Assembly (NCBI GenBank): GCA_965216635.1
Contig: OZ244188.1
Span: 2,304,001 to 2,368,000, forward strand
Direction of reading: 5' to 3'
DNA from: a bacterium
GTDB lineage: Bacteria; SAR324; XYD2-FULL-50-16; G965216635
DNA length: 64,000 nt
In this document: positions 1-8,630 of the stretch, in pieces
Layout of the letters: each line of letters begins with the position of its first letter
How positions within the stretch are numbered: position 1 is the stretch's first letter
Program-made: the position numbers and the translations under genes
Notes under the pieces: generated by a model
Database searches by the model: none
Seen by the model: the letters and a program-made list of their open reading frames with translations, nothing else
Told to the model about the DNA's origin: nothing

Positions 1-3
1 ATG

Positions 4-694
4 GTCACCAATCTACAAAATTCGTCCTCTATACACAACATGCTAGCATATTTTTATAGTTGCTATGTTGTCACCAATCTACAAAATTCGTCCTCTATAC
101 ACAACATATCATACTTGTTAAGTCTTAAAGACGCCGTCACCAATCTACAAAATTCGTCCTCTATACACAACAGAAAAAGAAGGTTATAGCTATATAGATA
201 TGTCACCAATCTACAAAATTCGTCCTCTATACACAACTGCTCTCGCAATTTCTGTTCTCGCAATTAAGTCACCAATCTACAAAATTCGTCCTCTATACAC
301 AACTATATTGTTAATGGTTTTACTTATTAATTAGTCACCAATCTACAAAATTCGTCCTCTATACACAACATAATAAGACGTGTCCCAAATGCAAAGAGTG
401 TCACCAATCTACAAAATTCGTCCTCTATACACAACAAGCCTTAGTTTTTTGAACCATTCTTTATGGTCACCAATCTACAAAATTCGTCCTCTATACACAA
501 CTCTTAAGGTTATTTTATCAATTATCAATAAGTCACCAATCTACAAAATTCGTCCTCTATACACAACAAACATCTGTGCTTTTTAAGGACTATCCTAGTC
601 ACCAATCTACAAAATTCGTCCTCTATACACAACTCAAAAAGGTTACAAATATGAAACGTCTGAAGTCACCAATCTACAAAATTCGTCCTCTATA
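4..694. CRISPR. CRISPR sub-array A: 10 full 36-bp repeats plus a 30-bp truncated repeat (665-694), 10 spacers; probably continues left of the window
   Basis: Exact repeats at 4,70,136,202,268,334,400,466,532,598 (66-bp period) with unique 30-31-bp spacers. Confidence 0.98.
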
Positions 695-868
695 TCGTTT
701 AAGAGAAACAGATTAAAATCAAGAAGTCAGCAAAAGTGAAATGTGAAACAACCAGCGGTTGTTTCACTATAACCTTTATGAAATTAAAAGCAGTAAGACT
801 GCCGTAGAACTACAGGATTTTCAAGCACTTATTATTCAAAAAAAATGAAAGAAAAAAGAATGGTAGAA
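695..868. repeat. Inter-array module copy 1 (174 bp; leader-like or structured RNA)
   Basis: About 160-bp core nearly identical to 965-1210 and 1901-2075; hairpins GTGAAACAACC-agc-GGTTGTTTCAC (743-767) and GCAGT-aag-ACTGC (790-802). Confidence 0.9.
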
Positions 869-964
869 GTCACCAATCTACAAAATTCGTCCTCTATACA
901 CAACCCGAAGGGGCGGGGGGGTCTCCTCGCAGGGGTCACCAATCTACAAAATTCGTCCTCTATA
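869..964. CRISPR. CRISPR mini-array B: one full repeat, one GC-rich spacer (905-934), one truncated repeat
   Basis: Repeat 869-904; 30-bp truncated repeat 935-964. Confidence 0.93.
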
Positions 965-1210
965 TCGTTTAAGAGAAACAGATTAAAATCAAGAAGTCAG
1001 CAAAAGTAGAATGTGAAACAACCAGTGGTTGTTTCACTATAACCTTTATGAAATTAAAAGCAGTAAGACTGCCGTAGAACTACAGGATTTTTAAGCACTT
1101 ATTTTTCAAAAAAAATGAAAGAAACTCTCAAAAAAATCTAATAAATAGTCTTTTTTTCTAGACTGAAATGTTGAATTTTGATAAGAATGGCGGGACTTTA
1201 AGAGCTATCT
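965..1210. repeat. Inter-array module copy 2 (246 bp, long version)
   Basis: Same core as copies 1 and 3 plus about 70 extra bp next to the repeat at 1211. Confidence 0.9.
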
Positions 1211-1900
1211 GTCACCAATCTACAAAATTCGTCCTCTATACACAACGTTTCGGGTTTGACGTCTTCTTTTTTTGCTGTCACCAATCTACAAAATTCGTCC
1301 TCTATACACAACACTGCCATTTTGTTATAATTAATAGTTTTTGTCACCAATCTACAAAATTCGTCCTCTATACACAACAAGATAGGCGTTCTTATAAAGA
1401 GCAAAAATGTCACCAATCTACAAAATTCGTCCTCTATACACAACATTCTTTTCAACCAGTACATCTTGCAGAATGTCACCAATCTACAAAATTCGTCCTC
1501 TATACACAACAATAAACAGTGTTTTTATTCTTTAGTTTAGGTCACCAATCTACAAAATTCGTCCTCTATACACAACTGGGCAGGGCGTTGCGAAAGCGTT
1601 GATTTAGTCACCAATCTACAAAATTCGTCCTCTATACACAACACTGAGTTAGTAGTGGTATCTACGATTCTAGTCACCAATCTACAAAATTCGTCCTCTA
1701 TACACAACTAGCCTACTAAATAAACCTCTCTTATGTCAGTCACCAATCTACAAAATTCGTCCTCTATACACAACGAAAGGTCTAGCGTTTTTCTGACCGC
1801 CTCTGTCACCAATCTACAAAATTCGTCCTCTATACACAACGGTGACATTGGCTTGGGCTGCTCCTCCTGCGTCACCAATCTACAAAATTCGTCCTCTATA
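1211..1900. CRISPR. CRISPR sub-array C: 10 full repeats plus a truncated repeat (1871-1900), 10 spacers of 30 bp
   Basis: Repeats at 1211,1277,1343,1409,1475,1541,1607,1673,1739,1805. Confidence 0.98.
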
Positions 1901-2075
1901 TCGTTTAAGAGAAACAGATTAAAATTAAGAAGTCAGCAAAAGTAGAATGTGAAACAACCAGCGGTTATTTCACTATAACCTTTATGAAATTAAAAGCAAT
2001 AAGACTGCCGTAGAACTACAGGATTTTCAAGCACTTATTTTTCAAAAAAAATGAAAGAAAAAAGAATGGCGTTGA
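1901..2075. repeat. Inter-array module copy 3 (175 bp)
   Basis: Near-identical to copy 1; one substitution in each of the two hairpins. Confidence 0.9.
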
Positions 2076-2110
2076 GTCACCAATCTACAAAATTCGTCCT
2101 CTGTCACAAC
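2076..2110. CRISPR. Solitary degenerate terminal repeat
   Basis: GTCACCAATCTACAAAATTCGTCCTCTGTCACAAC (35 bp). Confidence 0.88.
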
Positions 2111-2123
2111 TTTAAAAAATTTG

Positions 2124-2582
2124 CTAACCTGATTCTACTTTTGGATTGGGTCCTCTAACATTCATGGCATCACTATCCTGAACTAAAAAAACAAATAGAA
2201 CAATGATACCAATAATATAAATAACCTGAACTAAAAAAAACAATAATAGAACAAAGGTGCCAACAATATTAATAATTGGGATAAATAGAATATTAATATT
2301 TGGGATGATTGTAATCAAAATCCACCAACCGCTACGATCCGTATCATGCAGTCTACGAACTGTTACTGAAAGATAAGGTAGCAATGTTCCTAATATATAG
2401 ATAGTAGCCAACAAAGAAGGAATATCATCAAGAAAAACTGTTGGTGTATCTAAATAGGCATCAACGAGCAAAAAAGCAAAAATAATTATTATATGAAAAA
2501 GGTAGAACATCCAAAATTCCTTTCTCCTTGCTCTTCCGCTAAATGTAGCGTATTTTTTTAATACTCTAATGTACCATTTCAT
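2124..2582 (-). CDS. DUF805 (YhaH/YhaI-like) inner membrane protein
   Basis: KKYATFSGRARRKEFW and VRRLHDTDRSGWW signatures, C-terminal GPNP. Confidence 0.92.
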   Translation of the reverse strand: MKWYIRVLKKYATFSGRARRKEFWMFYLFHIIIIFAFLLVDAYLDTPTVFLDDIPSLLATIYILGTLLPYLSVTVRRLHDTDRSGWWILITIIPNINILFIPIINIVGTFVLLLFFLVQVIYIIGIIVLFVFLVQDSDAMNVRGPNPKVESG

Positions 2583-2747
2583 AATGATTTTTACTTTAGT
2601 TAATAGAAAAGTAACATCTTAAAGAATTTTTTTGAAAAAGCAAGTGTCTTTTTGAGGTTTATTGACTACTGTTGCCCGAGCCTTGCAGCTCGGACTCGGG
2701 AGGAGGAATAATATTACGGAAAAGCAAAATTCGTCCTCTATACAACT

Positions 2748-3125
2748 TTATTTCTGGGAATGCAACCCAATTGTATTACCTTCAGTGTCCACGACAATGA
2801 CGCAAAAACCATATTCACCGATTGAGAATTTTGATTGCATGACCTTACCTCCTGCACTTGCTATTTTTGATTCCTCAACAGCACAATCCTCACTAGAAAA
2901 ATAAACGATAATACTGTTTCCACCTGTTGGCGAGTTATCCCTTCTTACAAGAGCACCACCGGCACCATACTGTGAAAAATCTGCGGGGAAAGACCACATA
3001 TCAACCGTTGAGTCTGTAGGGTCGTCCATTTTTTTCAAACTTACGCCAAATACTGATTCATAGAATTTTTTAGCCCGCTCAATATCGTCTACAAATATTT
3101 CAAAAAAACCAATTGGATTCTTCAT
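2748..3125 (-). CDS. VOC/glyoxalase-bleomycin resistance family protein
   Basis: NPIGFFEIFVDDIERAKKFYESVFG ... DTEGNTIGLHS. Confidence 0.92.
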   Translation of the reverse strand: MKNPIGFFEIFVDDIERAKKFYESVFGVSLKKMDDPTDSTVDMWSFPADFSQYGAGGALVRRDNSPTGGNSIIVYFSSEDCAVEESKIASAGGKVMQSKFSIGEYGFCVIVVDTEGNTIGLHSQK

Positions 3126-3210
3126 AATAAAACTTTTTTAATAACATGCATAGATAAAAATGAAATTATGCGATCGCCTGTGCGTTCAACCGCCTAACTA
3201 TTAATATAAA

Positions 3211-3263
3211 TAGACTTTTGAAGTTGCTTACCAAAGTTTAGCCAAAGCAAATTCAAAGGTCTA
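3211..3263. repeat. Short palindromic intergenic element (MITE-like family)
   Basis: TAGACTTTTGAA...TTCAAAGGTCTA terminal inverted repeats. Confidence 0.8.
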
Positions 3264-3430
3264 TATAAAGCAATATTATTGCTTATATTCTGTATTTAAC
3301 ATAAAAATATATTTGCCGTCAACAACAGTTTTAGAAGAGTGCGAAAAAAAGAATAAACTTAATCTTCGTCAAAAAAACAACTATGAATCCAAAAAGAAGT
3401 GCTACCTTTCTGAAAGGTATAAGCATAAAC

Positions 3431-3683
3431 TAGACTTTTGAATTTGCCAAATAGGACAAAACTAGCTGTTTAGCCAAAACAAGCTTATTGCTTGACGTTT
3501 TTTATGGGCTATTTGTGAAACAGCCAAAGGGCTGTTTCACAGTTCATTCTTGCTTAATGCAAGGTTTGTAGTGCCCTGGTCACATTATTGTGGCACTACG
3601 GTATTTTAGCGAGCTAAAAAAATAAATGCCTTGCCTAGCCGTCACAGCTGGTTTTGTCCTAATTTGGCAAATTCAAAGGTCTG
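3431..3683. repeat. Long palindromic intergenic element (MITE-like family)
   Basis: Termini TAGACTTTTGAATTTGCCAAATAGGACAAAA and TTTTGTCCTAATTTGGCAAATTCAAAGGTCT, internal hairpins. Confidence 0.85.
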
Positions 3684-3802
3684 CATTATAATTTTTTTTT
3701 TTGCTTGTTTTTTTTTAAAAATTTCTGTAGACTAAAATTTTAAGAAATTGGGTAATTATCTCACTCTTAATTTTATTTAATAATTCATCTATAATTTATA
3801 AA

Positions 3803-4336
3803 ATGAACTCAATATATAAAACTCTATTACTATTCGGTGCCTTGCTATCATTACTTATTACTAGTTGTGTTAGTCCAGAAGTTTTTGGACAGAAAGAAGG
3901 CATAGAATATACAATTACAGTAAAAAATACACTGCCTGGGGAACGACTCGCTAACATTTTTGCTGTAGGCGACCCTGACAATAGTAAAATATGGGTAGGT
4001 GATTATGTTTCAACAGAAGCGCGTACACAATTTACCACTGGTAATCCTAAAGATTTAGCGAATGTTCTCGGCGGAGACAGAAGCATTGTTGGAAAAATCA
4101 AAGTGGATGGCAGTCTTACATTTAAGTTTAGAACTACTGCTTCTACTGTCTTGATTACTTCAATGGTTCATCCAGACAAAACTCCTGACAATTACATAGC
4201 TGCTTTGGTTTCTTTGCAAGGAAAAGGAACAAACCAAACTGTTGTTTCTAAGCGATTTGATATTGGAGACGATGAAGATAGAAAGACAGTTGTAGAAGTT
4301 GGTCCTGCTGGGTCTGTTACTGTAAAAGCTGACTAG
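3803..4336 (+). CDS. Lipoprotein, possibly with a spondin_N-like domain
   Basis: Signal peptide with lipobox LITSC; YTITVKN, SMVHPDKTPDNY and FDIGD resemble bacterial spondin_N motifs (by eye). Confidence 0.6.
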   Translation: MNSIYKTLLLFGALLSLLITSCVSPEVFGQKEGIEYTITVKNTLPGERLANIFAVGDPDNSKIWVGDYVSTEARTQFTTGNPKDLANVLGGDRSIVGKIKVDGSLTFKFRTTASTVLITSMVHPDKTPDNYIAALVSLQGKGTNQTVVSKRFDIGDDEDRKTVVEVGPAGSVTVKAD

Positions 4337-4338
4337 TA

Positions 4339-4480
4339 TAGACTTTTGAATTTGCCAAATAGGACAAAACTAGCTGTTTAGCCAAAACAAGCTTATTGCT
4401 TGACGTTTTTTATGGGCTATTTGTGAAACAGCCAAAGGGCTGTTTCACAGTTCATTCTTGCTTAATGCAAGGTTTATAGT
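4339..4480. repeat. Partial MITE-like element; direct copy of about 3431-3570
   Basis: About 140 bp nearly identical. Confidence 0.85.
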
Positions 4481-4637
4481 TTTTTTTGTTACGCCATTAA
4501 AAATTTTTTTTTAACTTTTGGCAGTTCGTGTCCCGCTGAATGCTAAATTTTAGTTCTTTAAATTTCAGTTCTTTTTGCTTCTACTAAGGCAAAAAAACAG
4601 TTCAATTTATTTTTAGCATAAATTCACAAAATGTTTC

Positions 4638-4666
4638 TTGACTTATGAAGTATTTTTTATTATTAT
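4638..4666 (+). promoter_or_regulatory. Putative sigma70 promoter of rpmB
   Basis: TTGACT-N17-TATTAT. Confidence 0.65.
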
Positions 4667-4706
4667 TTCAAGAAACTTTAGATTTTTAACTTCATAGAAA
4701 ATAAAA

Positions 4707-4946
4707 ATGGCATCAAGATGTAGTATTTCTGGAAAAAAACCTCTTACAGGCAATCTCGTTTCTCACGCTAGAAACCGCACAAAGACGAGACAGATGCCTA
4801 ATTTACATTGGAAAAAAATTTATGTAGAAGAACTCAAAAAAAATGTTCGTCTCAGAATCTCTTGCCACGCTTTGCGTTGTATAGATAAACTTGGTTTAAC
4901 GAAATACCTCAAAAAAAAAGGTTTGACACTTAAAGATATAATCTAA
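4707..4946 (+). CDS. rpmB: 50S ribosomal protein L28
   Basis: RCSISGKKPLTGNLVSHARNRTKTRQMPNL. Confidence 0.97.
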   Translation: MASRCSISGKKPLTGNLVSHARNRTKTRQMPNLHWKKIYVEELKKNVRLRISCHALRCIDKLGLTKYLKKKGLTLKDII

Positions 4947-5030
4947 AACCTTTGCATTAAGAAAAGCTAGGCACGCCGCATAGCCGAACTGGAATGTTTG
5001 AAGGTCTTATAACCTAATCCAAAAGATCAC

Positions 5031-8000
5031 TTGCCCGATACTGCTGTTCTTAAAAACAAAACCAGCCCTATTGTCCATTCTATTAGCGGTTTGTATGGGA
5101 GTTCTTTTTCTTTCTGGGTTTATTATAGGCTGCAAGAATCTCCTCGCCAATCCCATGTAATTCTGACTTCGGATAAAACAGAATCTCAAAGAATCATCAA
5201 CGAAATTTCTGCTCTCTTTTCCAGCGAACGAATTGCCGATGATGTCCCAAAAGGAAGCGAGCAAGCCGAAAAAACACAAATCCCCACCCCACAAATAGTT
5301 TATCTTCCTGCTTTTGATAATCTAGCTTACTATTCAGAAGTTCCCTTACCAGAATTAGTAGCAAGTAGGATAGATGCTTTTACAAAAATTTGCTCCCAAG
5401 ATTCAGAAAACCAAAATTCAGAAAAACAGCAACCAATCCTGTTGATTAGTGAAGTGCAATCTTTAATGGATAAATTAGATCTTTGGGAGAATCCGAGTAG
5501 TTTGAATCTTGTAAAAGGAGAACAATATCCAAGAGAAAAATTGCTTTCGGATTTGAGTGAGCTTGGTTATCAAAGAATGAGTGTTGTAGAAGCTCCCAAA
5601 GAATTTTCGGTGCGTGGAGAAATTTTAGATATTTTTCCTATTCAATCTGCGATGCCTTTTAGAATTAGCTTTTTTGACGATAGTATAGAGGAAATTAAAT
5701 ATTTTAATGTAGAAACTCAAATTAGTCAAAATGCTTTAAAAGAAAATTCTTTAACTCTTTTCCGTAGCTGCGAAATTGTGGCTTCTGAAGAAAATCGGCA
5801 GAAGGCATTTGACAGTTTAAGAGAAAAACGAAGTCAGCTTTCAGTTGCTAGCTATCAAGAAGCCTTAAAGCACTTAGAAAGTGGAATTTTTTTTTCGGGA
5901 GTAGAAAAATATCGCTGCTATTTTAGTAAAAAACAGTTTTCTTGGTTAGATTTTCTTGTAAAAGATTGGAAAATTTTTTTATGGCAAAAAGATAAAATAG
6001 ATTTAGCCTTGCAAAACTACGCTAATGAAATACAAGAAGAATATTTGCTTTATAAAGATCAAGAAACAACACCTCCCACTCCGAAGGAGCTATACTATCA
6101 AGCAGAAGAAGTTCAAGAAATGTTGTTAGATTTTTCTCCATTAGAAATTTATGAAAATGTAGAAACTGAGAATCCAACTCCTTCTTTTTTAGCTCAAAAT
6201 ACGATTTTTGAAACTGTAGAAACTGTCAGCTTATCTTTGACAACACAAAAGACACTTAAAAACAAAATTGAAGAATTAAAAAATTTAATTAAAAAAGGAG
6301 TTAAAATTACTATTAGTGCTCCCAATCTTAAAAGAGCAGAATGGATTGCAGATGTTTTAGAAGAGTTTTCTTTAGTTTCTACTATTTGCCGTGACTTCAA
6401 ATCCTACTTGAAGACAGAATTATTTGTTGCCCCTTTTCACAGATCTGCTTTTCAAAAAGCAGATAAACCTGTTGAAAATTCTTTAACTATTTTACCCTAT
6501 TCTTTTCAAAAGGGATTTTGCTACCAAAATGCAGGAGCAGTTTATCTACTCATTTATGAAGATTTACTTTTTGGTAAAAAGCTAGACTACCAAAAATCTC
6601 ACAAAATAAGTAGTTTTAAAACAAAAATATCCGATTTGAAATTAGGAGATTTTGTGGTTCATATGGACTACGGCATAGGCAAATACAAGGGAATCCATCG
6701 TCAAAAAATAGCAGGAGAAGAAGAAGATTTTTTACTTATAGAATACAAAAATGAAGACAAACTTTACTTGCCTGTAGATCAAATCACTTACAAAATCCAA
6801 AAATTCAATACCGCAGAAGAAAGCCATCCTAGTCTAGATGCACTAGGTAGCAAACAGTGGCTGCTCACAAAGAAAAAAGTAGAAGGAGATATCCAAAAAA
6901 TAGCCCAAGAATTGATAGAGATTTACGCTCAAAGACAACTTTCTAAAAGCCGTTCCTTTCATCCTCCCGAAAAAGAATTGCAGCTTTTTGCCAATGATTT
7001 TGCTTTTGTAGAGACAGACGACCAGCTTATAGCCATCAAAGATGTTTGGCAAGATTTAAAAAAAGAGCGGCCTATGGATAGATTGATTTGTGGGGATGCA
7101 GGTTTTGGAAAAACGGAAATTGCTATGCGCGCTGCTTTTCAAGTAGCTATAGAAGGTTTTCAAGTGTTGTTAATTGCTCCTACTACTATTTTGGTTCAAC
7201 AACACTTTGAAACATTCCAAAAAAGATTTAAAAATTTCCCCATAAAGATAGCTTTTTTAAGCCGTTTCTTGTCTGCTAAATTGGCAAAACAAACTATAAT
7301 GGATTTTCAAGACGGTAAGATAGATATACTAATAGGCACCCATAAGGCATTCAATGAAAAATTATATATAGAAAATTTAGGACTTTTAATCGTGGACGAA
7401 GAACAACGGTTTGGAGTTTTGCAGAAAGAAAAATTAAGAAAATTCAGAGCCAAAATAGATTTACTCACTTTAAGCGCTACTCCTATACCTAGAACTCTCA
7501 ATATGTCTTTGTTGGGCATTCGCGATATTTCTTTAATTAGCACTGCTCCGCAAAATAGAAAAATAACAAAAACTAGGGTTTTGTCTTTCAACGCTAAACT
7601 TATTAAAGAGGCTGTGAAAAGAGAAACTGCTCGCTACGGACAGGTCTTTATTCTTTATAATCAAGTAAAAACTATAGACAAATTTTTAATAGAATTACAA
7701 AGAATTTTGCCAGAATACTCTATAGAAATAGCTCACGGCCAAATGGATAAGAAAAATTTAGAGGAGGTGATATTAAAGTTTGTGAATAAAAAATTTCAAA
7801 TTTTACTAACTTCCACTATCATAGAATCAGGTTTAGATTTACCCAATGCCAATACTTTAATTGTGTGCGATTCTCAAAAATTTGGATTAGCACAGCTTTA
7901 CCAGTTGAGAGGGAGAATTGGACGCTCTGATAAAGTGGCATTTGCTTATTTTTTATTACCAGAAAACAAAACAATCACTCAAAAGGCTACCGAGAGACTC

Positions 8001-8630
8001 CATGTTTTATTAGAAACACAAGGTTTGGAGGGTTATCGTATTGCCAATCGGGATTTAGAATTACGAGGGGTTGGTAATTTAGTAGGAACTGAGCAATCAG
8101 GACAAGTTCAAAGTGTAGGCTACGACCTTTTTATGGCTATGATTGATGAGGCAATCCAAAAACTGAAAGAGTCAGGATCGCCCCAAAATAACTGGGCGGA
8201 TATTCGCATTTATTCTTTTATTAAAGGGTTTATTCCTGATGGTTATATCAATGACGCGAATGTTCGGCTTTATATTTATCAAAGTATTAACCAGTGCAGA
8301 AATCAAACAAAAATAGAAAACTACCAAGAAGAGCTACGTGATAGATTTGGCAGAATACCAGAAGAAGTGAACAATCTTTTTGGGATTGTAAGTTTAAAAA
8401 ATTTAGCTTATAACTATCGTATGGAAAAAATTCAAATAGAGCAGCAAAACATTCAAATACATTTTTTTCTTAATTTTGATATAACAGAAGAAAATTTATG
8501 GAAGTTAGCGAAAAATAGTAAGGTTAAACTTTTACCAGATAATACAATTTCTATTCAACCAGAAAAAAAAATAACGAGTCTTCAAGAAGCCGAAACCGAA
8601 ATAACCCATTTTTACAATCAAAATTTATGA
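5031..8630 (+). CDS. mfd: Transcription-repair coupling factor
   Basis: UvrB-like N-terminus, GDFVVHMDYGIG, GDAGFGKT, DEEQRFG, QLRGRIGR, C-terminal DRFG; start uncertain. Confidence 0.97.
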   Translation: MPDTAVLKNKTSPIVHSISGLYGSSFSFWVYYRLQESPRQSHVILTSDKTESQRIINEISALFSSERIADDVPKGSEQAEKTQIPTPQIVYLPAFDNLAYYSEVPLPELVASRIDAFTKICSQDSENQNSEKQQPILLISEVQSLMDKLDLWENPSSLNLVKGEQYPREKLLSDLSELGYQRMSVVEAPKEFSVRGEILDIFPIQSAMPFRISFFDDSIEEIKYFNVETQISQNALKENSLTLFRSCEIVASEENRQKAFDSLREKRSQLSVASYQEALKHLESGIFFSGVEKYRCYFSKKQFSWLDFLVKDWKIFLWQKDKIDLALQNYANEIQEEYLLYKDQETTPPTPKELYYQAEEVQEMLLDFSPLEIYENVETENPTPSFLAQNTIFETVETVSLSLTTQKTLKNKIEELKNLIKKGVKITISAPNLKRAEWIADVLEEFSLVSTICRDFKSYLKTELFVAPFHRSAFQKADKPVENSLTILPYSFQKGFCYQNAGAVYLLIYEDLLFGKKLDYQKSHKISSFKTKISDLKLGDFVVHMDYGIGKYKGIHRQKIAGEEEDFLLIEYKNEDKLYLPVDQITYKIQKFNTAEESHPSLDALGSKQWLLTKKKVEGDIQKIAQELIEIYAQRQLSKSRSFHPPEKELQLFANDFAFVETDDQLIAIKDVWQDLKKERPMDRLICGDAGFGKTEIAMRAAFQVAIEGFQVLLIAPTTILVQQHFETFQKRFKNFPIKIAFLSRFLSAKLAKQTIMDFQDGKIDILIGTHKAFNEKLYIENLGLLIVDEEQRFGVLQKEKLRKFRAKIDLLTLSATPIPRTLNMSLLGIRDISLISTAPQNRKITKTRVLSFNAKLIKEAVKRETARYGQVFILYNQVKTIDKFLIELQRILPEYSIEIAHGQMDKKNLEEVILKFVNKKFQILLTSTIIESGLDLPNANTLIVCDSQKFGLAQLYQLRGRIGRSDKVAFAYFLLPENKTITQKATERLHVLLETQGLEGYRIANRDLELRGVGNLVGTEQSGQVQSVGYDLFMAMIDEAIQKLKESGSPQNNWADIRIYSFIKGFIPDGYINDANVRLYIYQSINQCRNQTKIENYQEELRDRFGRIPEEVNNLFGIVSLKNLAYNYRMEKIQIEQQNIQIHFFLNFDITEENLWKLAKNSKVKLLPDNTISIQPEKKITSLQEAETEITHFYNQNL

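Noticed and set aside
665..868. Plus-strand truncated repeat + module as a canonical Cas9 tracrRNA
   Set aside because: The missing 6 nt are those needed to pair with the GUUGUG lower stem, and the following TCGTTTAAG cannot replace them
4..1900. Self-targeting or duplicated spacers, and a definite CRISPR subtype
   Set aside because: No matches noticed by eye (not exhaustive), and no cas genes in the window
1..1945. Repetitive ORFs 1-189, 63-263, 380-586, 1168-1515, 1198-1512, 1733-1945
   Set aside because: Translations of CRISPR repeats with a 66-bp period, not genes
2124..3200. Integron cassette array (DUF805 and VOC genes; GTTAGGC on the minus strand near 3192-3198)
   Set aside because: No RYYYAAC...GTTRRRY attC palindromes after the genes and no integrase
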